NCBI GenBank assembly: GCA_021613535.1
Contig: CP075492.1
Location: 4,774,001-4,838,000, forward strand
Direction of reading: 5' to 3'
DNA length: 64,000 bases
DNA from: Adineta vaga
Taxonomy: Eukaryota; Animalia; Rotifera
A program made the translations under genes and the position numbers. This document shows, in pieces, positions 28,066 to 37,386 of the stretch (the stretch's first letter is position 1; every line of letters begins with the position of its first letter). The notes beneath the pieces are model-generated. The model made no database searches. It was not told the origin of the DNA and was given only the letters and a program-made list of their open reading frames with translations.

Positions 28066-28263
28066 AAAAAGTATCAAAAAAGGCCGGAGGCCTTTTTCGC
28101 ATTTTTTTTCTTGCTTTTTGCACTCGGACATGAAGAACCAATGTCGGTGCACAGGTTTTATACTTTTTTTTCGTATTTTCATTGCTCCCAGTACTTGATA
28201 ACACTACAGAGCCAGGATTTTATACTTTTTAAAGTATTTTTACTCCGGAGCGCGCCGCGCTAC
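28066..28263. repeat. Short structured element (hairpins plus internal repeats), possible MITE/transposon remnant
   Basis: AAAAAGGCC-GGA-GGCCTTTTT hairpin at 28077-28097; two TTTTATACTTTTT..GTATTTT copies (about 28156 and 28217); GC-rich AGCGC-GCC-GCGCT at about 28249-28261. Confidence 0.35.
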
Positions 28264-28915
28264 GTTTATTCTTTTCGAACTGAGATATAAATGTTTTAGC
28301 ATTTGATGTTGTGCAATTACGTTTCGTACCGAAATTTACAACGATAATACAGAAACAGAACAAACCATAGACATGTGCTCGTATTATATCTCAAACAATA
28401 CAAAGAAAAACTCTTCGTACAACCCTAATAATTGTTAATGATGTTGTAAAGTAATATCATCTATGCCAAATTCGAAAACGGTACTCATTATGATCTTTAG
28501 AAAGCTCTATCGTGTTCCAATGGAAACATAATCCCAATTATAGATTGCATGTTTTGATACAAAAACGAAAATTATTTTCATACGCAGAGAGAAAAGAAGA
28601 AAAACAAACATTTCTTCTCACATCATTAACTAATATATGAAACGTTGCTATTCATTCATCCCTTTGAAGTCCTAGATATTGACAAAAACATATTTTTTTG
28701 TTAAAAAAAATTACATCCATCTATCGATTTTTGTTTGATCTAACTCAAGATTAACACTAGATTTTTATTCAAGTCTGTAACGAACAATAATATGTAAGAA
28801 AAGAAAGCAAAACGTTGATTAATACCACTCGTCGTAGATCTTCTCAAATAAACAAAGCTAGTAAAAGTCATATGATATTTTATCATATGGTTTTACATCC
28901 TACTATCTATATGAA

Positions 28916-28962
28916 GGGTGTGGGTGAGGGTAAAGCAGTGTCACCTACACCCACAACACTCA
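28916..28962. repeat. Inverted pair of telomere-like GT-rich motifs (member of a dispersed family)
   Basis: GGGTGTGGGTGAGGGT...CACCTACACCCACAACACTCA; related copies near 35710-35758, 50518-50538, 52521-52547 and 55968-55994. Confidence 0.5.
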
Positions 28963-29130
28963 GCTTAAATCGATATTGATGAATTAATAAAACTCATACA
29001 AATATTCAATGAATAAAAACTTTAAAAAAGTATAGTCAAATAAGTTTATTCATATATACATATTATTAATATAAAATCAAATGACAAAATTATAGGTAAA
29101 GATAAAATATGAACTAAAGTCATATGTTTA

Positions 29131-30537
29131 TTAAAATGGATTGGCACTTGAAAATTTTATACCAGTCACAGGACAGACGATCATATCAGAAATTTCTGAT
29201 GTAACTTGATTATTTTCTTGTTCTTCTTGTTCCATCAAGGAAATTGTGTGAAGTAATGTTTTCTTCATTTCATCTGAATTGGTTTGAGCAACACGAGCAC
29301 GTAATTGAGAAATTAAAGATGATGTTGATGAATTATTTGTTACATTTTGACATGCCATTTCTGCTGGTGTTTGAAGTTTTGTACCGAAGATTTTTTCAAT
29401 TGCATCACCACATGCATCACTGACTAAATCTCTTTCTGTTGATAGTGCACAAACCATACTTCGTGCACCGGCTGTTGATGTTCCGAAAATGATTCGTGCT
29501 GCTGCACGGTCACCAACAATACGACCAAGTAAATTGAAACATTCTTCTGTATCACGTGGCATTTCTGATATGATAACATGAGTTTTAAAATGTTCTTCAT
29601 TCATCAATTGTTGAAATAATCTTTGACGAGGATTATCACCACTAACAGGCCAAACAGTTGGAATAACCACATAGGTTTCATTCCATTGATTCATTGCTTC
29701 TAATTCAGCTTTCCATTCTTCTAATTGTGGTTTAGCAGCTATTACTTGAATTTCAGCCGCACGTGCTAAAGCTGCAGTAACTAATGGTAACATTGATTGA
29801 CAATAATTTTGAAAGTCTTTCACACAAATTCTTTTCGTATCTAAGCAATTTTGTATATATTGTCGAGTACAATTTAACATATTTAAATAATGTGTTGCTT
29901 TGTTGCCATCCATTGATTCCGATTCAATTGAAGCTATTGCAAAGTCAATTTTATCAGCCATAATTCTTAATTGACTTTGCCATTTACCAATAGTTGATTG
30001 AAGAAAATAAGGACTAATAATAGTGAAAATTCCTAATGGCATATGTGCTAAATTCTTATAGATTTCATATTCAACTGGTGGTGCTTTTGTTCGTTTCATT
30101 GATCCATCTTTTAAGTACAAAATAAACATTGATCCAACACCAGCATATTGTTTTTCATTATCACTTGCTATTATACACGGATAGATGTTTCGACCAACTT
30201 GATAAATCATATCTGTATATAATTCACGCATTCCAAGATGAATATCACGAGTTGCTAATAATACTTGTTTGGCGCTTGTTCCTCGCCAACCAACAATTAC
30301 TGAAAGATCTTCAATGGTAGGAGCGAAAAAAGATGCCAGCTTTTCCGGATCACCCCATGCTGGAACTGGAATTTCAGTTGGTTGATCACCATCTGTTTTG
30401 GATTTTGAATAATTCACATTTATTTCAATTCGTTTCTTATTATAAGCATCAACGACATTCTCAATTGTTTGTAGATTTTCTTTAGAAGAAACAGACGATT
30501 TCTTGTCTGTTAGCTTGATTCCTTTTAAAATAGTCAT
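29131..30537 (-). CDS. Uncharacterised 468-aa protein, intronless, likely of microbial origin
   Basis: Long clean ORF with TATAAATA at 30586-30593. Helical globular core (YEIYKNLAHMPLGIF, AAEIQV, LLGRIVGDRAAARIIFG) reminiscent of bacterial hypothetical proteins; C-terminal CPVTG. Function not assignable. Confidence 0.75.
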   Translation of the reverse strand: MTILKGIKLTDKKSSVSSKENLQTIENVVDAYNKKRIEINVNYSKSKTDGDQPTEIPVPAWGDPEKLASFFAPTIEDLSVIVGWRGTSAKQVLLATRDIHLGMRELYTDMIYQVGRNIYPCIIASDNEKQYAGVGSMFILYLKDGSMKRTKAPPVEYEIYKNLAHMPLGIFTIISPYFLQSTIGKWQSQLRIMADKIDFAIASIESESMDGNKATHYLNMLNCTRQYIQNCLDTKRICVKDFQNYCQSMLPLVTAALARAAEIQVIAAKPQLEEWKAELEAMNQWNETYVVIPTVWPVSGDNPRQRLFQQLMNEEHFKTHVIISEMPRDTEECFNLLGRIVGDRAAARIIFGTSTAGARSMVCALSTERDLVSDACGDAIEKIFGTKLQTPAEMACQNVTNNSSTSSLISQLRARVAQTNSDEMKKTLLHTISLMEQEEQENNQVTSEISDMIVCPVTGIKFSSANPF

Positions 30538-31106
30538 CAGAAAGATATAAAAATTGAAATGATCGTTTGAAAGGAAAAGTTTATCTATTTATACACTTTC
30601 ATGCATCTAGATCAGACGACGGATAGAAATTAGAACGTTCCTTTGCAAAATTTAACTTTGAGAACATATCTTTTCAAATCCAGGTAACTTTTATTCATAT
30701 ATAAGTAAGAAAAAAAGATTCAAATATGTTTAGCACATGTACATTTAGTCTATTATTTACACACAAACATGTGAAGATAGTAACCAATCGTCATGTTTGA
30801 TTGAAGTGCATATAGTAACAGGAAAGAAAGAACGTCCCATCAGTATATGTATAGATAATAATATGAATAACATTCAAACAAAAATGAAAAATAGAAAAGA
30901 GATAGATCACAATATCCTATCACGCGTAAATTTATCGACTAAAGTTCAAAATTTATAAAATCTAAGCACGCATCACGCATGCAACTTGATGTCTTGCACG
31001 CACTTGACAAACTGTTAATCTTTTATGGATAGACTAAATGACTTTACCTCGATGTATTTTATTCTTTTGTTATATAGTTCATTATATTTTTCGTCTTTAA
31101 ACAATC

Positions 31107-32207
31107 ATGGGATTAAACCAAATGACACCAACTGATAATGATTCTGGAAAACCATCTTTCTTTATTGAACGTACTTTACAAATAGCCAAATTAAATATTG
31201 ACGATGGTGGTCGTCCATTTGCTTGCGTTATAGTTGATCCAGTGACCAATATTATCTTATCTGAAACTGGTAATCACGTGGCACAAACATGTGATCCAAC
31301 AGCACATGCTGAAGTTTTAGGAATTCGATTAGCAGCTGAAGAACGCAAACGACAAAGTAATCATATAACTGTAAAATCACTTTATGGTCTTGATTTCTAC
31401 ATAATGGCTAGTCCTTGTGCAATGTGTTATGGCGCCATGTGTCTTTCTGCACCGCATAGTATCACTTTTATCACTACTCGTGAAGATTATTCCGTTTATT
31501 ATTCTGATCCACGAAAATATTTTTTATTCAATGATTTTTATGAACAAATTTCCAAAGAATTTCATCAACGACGATTACCTACAAAACATTTCTCTGAACC
31601 AAGATTAAAAACGAAAGCATTAGAAATTCTACAACTATGGAAAGACGATCTTAATATGAAACCAACAATCGAACATATAGATTGTCATGATGAAGATTTA
31701 ACAATTCGTTGGTTCAATCGTGTACTTAATTTAGCTCGTGATAATGTGCTACTACACAAGGGTCGTCCATTTGCTTGTGTTATTACTCGTGGTAATGAAT
31801 TAATTGCTGAATCTGCTGATCAAGTCGATCAATTAGGTGATCCTACAGCACATGCTGAAATGCAAGCTATTCGTATTGCAAGTCAAAAACTACATAATGA
31901 ACATATGTTTGATTTACAAATCTATTCATTAGTAATGCCTTCACCAATGTCGCTTGGTGCAATGTATTATTGCAGTCCATCTCAATTAACATTTCTTTTA
32001 CATCCATCGGAATATGAATCAATATATCTTCAACCGGCTGCACCAAAAATACCTAAACTTCTTGATTTTTATGCTGAATATGGTCGAAAAAATGAAAATC
32101 GAATTGTCAAAATGAATCAAATTGACAATGATATTGCAAGAAAACAAGGATTGGAAATTTATCGTCGATGGAAAGAAATTAATATTGATAATCAACAGAA
32201 AAACTAA
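31107..32207 (+). CDS. Tandem two-domain cytidine-deaminase-fold nucleobase deaminase (guanine deaminase GuaD-like), intronless
   Basis: Two repeats of GRPFACVI...DPTAHAE. Domain 1 has SPCAMC (intact Zn ligands); domain 2 has PSPMS. Confidence 0.9.
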   Translation: MGLNQMTPTDNDSGKPSFFIERTLQIAKLNIDDGGRPFACVIVDPVTNIILSETGNHVAQTCDPTAHAEVLGIRLAAEERKRQSNHITVKSLYGLDFYIMASPCAMCYGAMCLSAPHSITFITTREDYSVYYSDPRKYFLFNDFYEQISKEFHQRRLPTKHFSEPRLKTKALEILQLWKDDLNMKPTIEHIDCHDEDLTIRWFNRVLNLARDNVLLHKGRPFACVITRGNELIAESADQVDQLGDPTAHAEMQAIRIASQKLHNEHMFDLQIYSLVMPSPMSLGAMYYCSPSQLTFLLHPSEYESIYLQPAAPKIPKLLDFYAEYGRKNENRIVKMNQIDNDIARKQGLEIYRRWKEINIDNQQKN

Positions 32208-32532
32208 ATAATTTCTCAATTATTAAAACAAAAATCCATAAAATAGTTAACTCGGTTTATAATTATATTGTGTTCTTCTTTTTTTTAATCTAAAATAAAC
32301 GTAGTATCATCTGATGTTTATACAAATACTTGTCGAGTCTATTTATTTCATATCAATATTATGTACGTAGATAAGTATGAACATAAGTTTCTATCATTCA
32401 AAGAAGAAGAAGAAAAAAAGATAAAGATAACGCATTCCTATATAAGATTTACTTTTATGTATGCTATTGTACATTACAGTCTACACTCATTCAAACATTT
32501 CTCCGTTTAGATAATAACAAAAAAACAACAGC

Positions 32533-32988
32533 ATGAATATTTCTAAATTAACACAACAATTATTAAAGGTAAAACGTGACAAATGTTTATCATTTGCTGA
32601 TATTGGTAAAAAAATTGGACGAGATGAAGTTTGGGCTGCTGCTCTATTGTATGGACAAGCAAGTATGACTGATGATGAATGTAAAAAATTAGATCATACT
32701 CTTGGAATTAATCTTACACCTCAAGAAGTACATGAATTAACTCATCCACCATCCAAAGGTACATTAATCAAAGCATTTCCACCAACGGATCCACTGTTAT
32801 ATCGTTTCCATGAAATTCTTGCCGTTTATGGCATACCAATGAAAGAAGTTATTCATGAAAAATTTGGTGATGGAATTATGTCCGCTGTTGATTTTACGAT
32901 TAAAATTGATAAAGATGATACAAATAAAGATGCACCAAGAGTCAATGTTACTATGTCGGGAAAATTTTTACCATATAAAAAATGGTAG
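32533..32988 (+). CDS. cynS: Cyanate hydratase (cyanase), intronless
   Basis: N-terminal HTH (LSFADIGKKIGRDEVWAAALLYGQA), PPTDPLLYRFHE, IHEKFGDGIMSAVDF, GKFLPYKKW. Confidence 0.97.
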   Translation: MNISKLTQQLLKVKRDKCLSFADIGKKIGRDEVWAAALLYGQASMTDDECKKLDHTLGINLTPQEVHELTHPPSKGTLIKAFPPTDPLLYRFHEILAVYGIPMKEVIHEKFGDGIMSAVDFTIKIDKDDTNKDAPRVNVTMSGKFLPYKKW

Positions 32989-33117
32989 TTTTACAATTGA
33001 AAAGACTTTTGTTATTGTTCTTGATTGATAAATAGAATTCGAATTAAAATAAAAATTAACGAAAGAAAACATGAAGATGATGAAATGATAAAACCATCAA
33101 AGAAATAAATCGAATGG

Positions 33118-35114
33118 TTATTTTTTGTCCATTGCCATAGTTTCTCGCTCAATAATCGATATAATTAAAGCATTAAGAATGAGAATAAGGTCGTCGCAAA
33201 GGCTATTCACATAACTAAAAATGTGATTGCCAGAACTAACCGCTGACCAAGCACAAACAGCGCCTGAAAGAACTAAACCTATGCCAAGTGTTGCTACAGA
33301 AAATGCGATCGACGCAAATCTCGATACAGTTACTGTTGCTGGTGTGGCTACACGAATAACATCGGCACCGAACGAACCAGCAACAGCTGCCGTCTGTCCG
33401 GCTATTGTTCCTATAGTTCGTACACTTACATCAGAATCAATTTTCGTCTCTGTCTTTACACAATCTTTGAATACCGATGTCTTTAAATGACTACCATCAT
33501 CGATAGTAAGATTACAGTCAGTTATGTATTGAAGAAAAAGCTTGTCTATACCATATGCATCTTCAATGCTGTTCCTCGATAAATAACGTGGTAGTTGATC
33601 ACCAAAAGGAATAATCGCTGCAAAACCGGCCGCAATCTTATATTTCAATACATTTAATACATAGCCACGACGAAAACATGTATTGATTACACGCGTAACA
33701 GCTAGTGAAATTATCGAGTGGATACGACTATGCGAAGGTTTGAATGCTAATTTACTCAATTCGTTCAACAATTCATTAAAATCAAATGAATTTGTTTCCA
33801 ATAACATCTCTGCATCTGTACTTGCCGGTTCATAGTCAGTTGCCGTTAAAAATATATGTCGTGATTTGACTGGATTATCATTTCTTATTTGCTGCATAAT
33901 ATATTCATGGTGTTGAGTGTGCTGTTCGACAGAGCTACGACCAAAATGTTTACCGACTTTTTCGCGGAATTTTTTCAAATAGCAGATATCTATTTTAGAT
34001 CGTACTAGAAGACATTTTCGCTTCATAATCTGTTCAATAAAATCGATCCAACCTTCTTGCTCAGGTCGAAGCTGATCGTCAAATACTAAAATATAGATAT
34101 CACAATTGGATTTTCGAATTTCATCAAGATAGTTTCCTGCTTCGATTTGATTACTGATTGTTGGTTTGTCTTTATCAAGACCTTGAATATCGACCAGTGT
34201 AGCCGGTATTTTTATCTCTGGATTTGATTGATAAAGAAAAGGATCTTTACGATTAAATTCTAATGGAAAATAAGTACTTTTAGTACTACGAACTGATGTT
34301 GCAAATTGTTCATTCAGAGACTTCACGCCAAGTAAACGATTTAGGAGAGTACTTTTGCCTGCACTTGTATAACCAATCACTCCAATCTTAGTACGTGGTC
34401 CAACTTCGGTATTCGACCATTGATTAGTGAGATCTTGTTCAATTGCTTCAACTAAACCGAAAATCTTAGGTCGAAAATCATCTGCACTACCTTGATAGCA
34501 TAACCATTCTTTCATTCTTCCATTTTACGAAAAAAATGACGAAATTCTGTATTTGATTTTTCAATAAATAATTGCTCGCAAATACGAACATACTGTGAAC
34601 CAATATCGCCATCATCAATCGAAGACAATGATATTGTTCTTCTATAAGCATCTTTACTCACAGTAATACTTATATTTGGACGATTTAGTGACCATTTCAC
34701 TATTTCTGACAGTTTTTTGGTCATTTGTTTTGCTTTCTCGATTGTATCTCGCATTGCTGTCGTACTATAACATTCATGAGTCAAAATCAGATTTTCTAAA
34801 TGATGTTGTCGACATTGAATATCGAATATCAGATCATTATAATCACACTCCATCAAGAGTAAATTCTGTGTACGCTCAATACCATATTTATTCAGAGCCT
34901 CATTCCACAATTTTCTCGTAAACTCCTTGTCTTCAACTGGTACTTGTTTAGGCAAGTATTTGTGTAAGCAATACATACATTTGAAAGGATGGTCTTTACC
35001 GTTATAAATTTGTATGTCCTTTACACATTGATAACAAAAGTATTGTTGGCATTTCATATTAATACATTTACATGGTATACAGTTTTTAATAATGCCAAAT
35101 GATTTTAGACACAT
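33118..35114 (-). CDS. Cys-rich (RING-like) N-terminus + IRG/IIGP-like P-loop GTPase; probably one gene split by a 1-nt frameshift near 34515
   Basis: ORF 34512-35114 has C..C...C.C...CQQYFCYQC...CMYC. ORF 33118-34515 has G1 GYTSAGKS, G3 DIQG, G4 RSKID and C-terminal hydrophobic helices (AAGFAAIIPFGD; LGIGLVLSGAVCAW). The two ORFs overlap at ATGA. Confidence 0.7.
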
Positions 35115-36203
35115 AATACAGCAGTCATTTCTCTAAAACAAATTAATAAAATATTCAAATGCTCTATTTCAAACAACATACTTGTTCTTCGTCCCGATTG
35201 CTGTTCGTTGTTTGAGACATTTCTATAGTCGATATTTGTGTTTACAATATAGTGGTTGCTTTTAATTTCAATTGAGTATTTAATACGATGCGTAATACGA
35301 TTTTTTCCCACTCGTCATCTTTTTTTCTTACCTCACGAACTATTCTTCGTTTTTGTTTTTTGTTTCTATATAGTACATATAGTCAGTAGAGTAATATTAC
35401 TGGTGGATTAAAATATAGGTTTGTATGTTTTTATTGACTTACGACTATATAATATGTAGCAAAAACAGAACGAAAAGAAAAACGTGCATGAACGTAATTG
35501 TGCGTTGATGAAATACTCCCACATAATAATCTGCAGCATAAAGATTTCCTTCTAAATCAAATGATAAACTGCTGGAATAGGACAGTTGATTTGATTTTTG
35601 TCCTTTTCTATTTCCACCACCCACTAATGTTTCTTCACCTTCTTTTTCTCAGTGAATGATTTTGTTGATTAATATTTATATATGTAAGACGATTTAACTG
35701 ATCTCTTGCGAGGCTGTGGGCTCTATATTCTCATCTACACCCACACTTACATCCTCAAGATGTGCTTGAATGTCCTTATCCTTTTATTTCGACTGGACAA
35801 GTATTGATATGAATGTGGTCGTTTTATTTGAAATTGACACATATATAATAGGTCAATAAACTGGTTTCCAATAGATTGAAATTCGATAGATTACGTACCT
35901 TTTGCTTTGATGTTAGCAAATATTTATTATTCAGAAGGTGAATGTCATTCATCAATATTGAATTACACCTATAGACAGATTTGAGTTTATATACATGCAC
36001 CAACTCAAGTGTCATCACATTCTATCTCCATCATTCACAGAAAATATAGTCATAAACAAACGTATTTTTATAGTAAATGTATGAACTTTGATTTCATAAA
36101 GTTTTTATATTTTAAGTTCGTTCGTACTATTCTTCTCGAATGCATAAAGATATACATTATTTTTCGAATAATCACTTGCATTTTTAGATCATCTTTTTCG
36201 AAC

Positions 36204-37271
36204 ATGTGGTGGATTGCATTCAACATACTATCATCCATTGTTATTTGTTTATGGATGAATCAAATAACAGCAATCAGTAACAATAGTGCTGGTCTTATAA
36301 AGCAAAGTACAAGAGATGATCTTGTTTCTGCTAGAAATCCACTTTTATTTGATCATATATTCATTTTAATCATGGAAAATCGTGGCTACGATCAGACATT
36401 GAGTTCTCCTGCATGGAAATCTATTATTCAGAGTTCCGCTTGGTTAACTGGCATGTATGCGATCACTCATCCATCTCAACCAAATTATGTTTCTATGATT
36501 GCAGGATCGACATTAAATTGCAAAGATAATAATTATTTTTCGACAAATGAAACAACAATCATTGATTTGTTCAATAGAGCAGGAGTTAGTTGGAAGTCTT
36601 ATCAAGAAAATTATACATCATTCCCTGTAACGACCAGTCCTAATTGTAACGATGCAATGGAACTTTCCAATGGTTTATATGTTCGAAGACATAATCCATT
36701 TATGTTCAGTGCGGCAGTGAGAAACAGCACTACTGAATGTGAGAAAATAGTAAATGCCGATCAATTAGCAATTGATTTAGCCACTCAACAATTGCCACAA
36801 TTCTCCTTCTATACACCGAATATAAGGAATGATGCTCATGATACTGATCTCACTTATGGTGGTAATTATTTAAAAAATTGGTTGAATATGCATTTGAATG
36901 ATTCAAATTTCACTCGTGGAACATTGTTAATTGTAACTTTCGATGAAGATGAAAGTAATGCTGGTCAAACTAATCACATACCTGCACTTCTATGGGGACC
37001 AGATTATTTATATTCTGGAATTAGTATATCAGGAACATTCAATCATTATTCACTTACAAAATTGTTAGAAGAGAATTGGGATTTAGGTAATTTAGGTCGT
37101 AAGGATGTTACAGCATCTTCATTGATGGATATTTGGCGATCAGATGTAGATTCGAACTACACAACTAATATTACTACAACTATGACTAGCAAAGCTAATC
37201 ATAAAGACAACGTCCTGAAATTATCAATCATTGTTTCCTATGTAATGTTTTTGATTCTCAGAATTTGTTGA
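36204..37271 (+). CDS. Secreted acid phosphatase / phosphoesterase-family protein, possibly GPI-anchored; fungal/bacterial type
   Basis: FDHIFILIMENRGYD, THPSQPNYVSMIAG, YVRRHNPF, NDAHD, IVTFDEDE, NHYSL. Signal peptide from ATG 36204 (MWWIAF); Thr-rich then hydrophobic C-terminus. Confidence 0.88.
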   Translation: MWWIAFNILSSIVICLWMNQITAISNNSAGLIKQSTRDDLVSARNPLLFDHIFILIMENRGYDQTLSSPAWKSIIQSSAWLTGMYAITHPSQPNYVSMIAGSTLNCKDNNYFSTNETTIIDLFNRAGVSWKSYQENYTSFPVTTSPNCNDAMELSNGLYVRRHNPFMFSAAVRNSTTECEKIVNADQLAIDLATQQLPQFSFYTPNIRNDAHDTDLTYGGNYLKNWLNMHLNDSNFTRGTLLIVTFDEDESNAGQTNHIPALLWGPDYLYSGISISGTFNHYSLTKLLEENWDLGNLGRKDVTASSLMDIWRSDVDSNYTTNITTTMTSKANHKDNVLKLSIIVSYVMFLILRIC

Positions 37272-37386
37272 ATCTTAGAGATGATGCGAAGAGAATGTGC
37301 GAAGAAGATATTGCTTTATTTTCTGGATTAACAATTTATTTTAAAGAAAAAAGTGAATCAGTTCGATAAGTGCATTGCACTTGTAT

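Noticed and set aside
28077-28110. Rho-independent terminator
   Set aside because: The shape fits, but the context is eukaryotic; kept only as a structured repeat.
32365-32520. Cluster of GATAA sites upstream of cyanase, resembling fungal nitrogen-responsive GATA control
   Set aside because: GATAA is frequent by chance in such AT-rich DNA; enrichment cannot be shown by eye.
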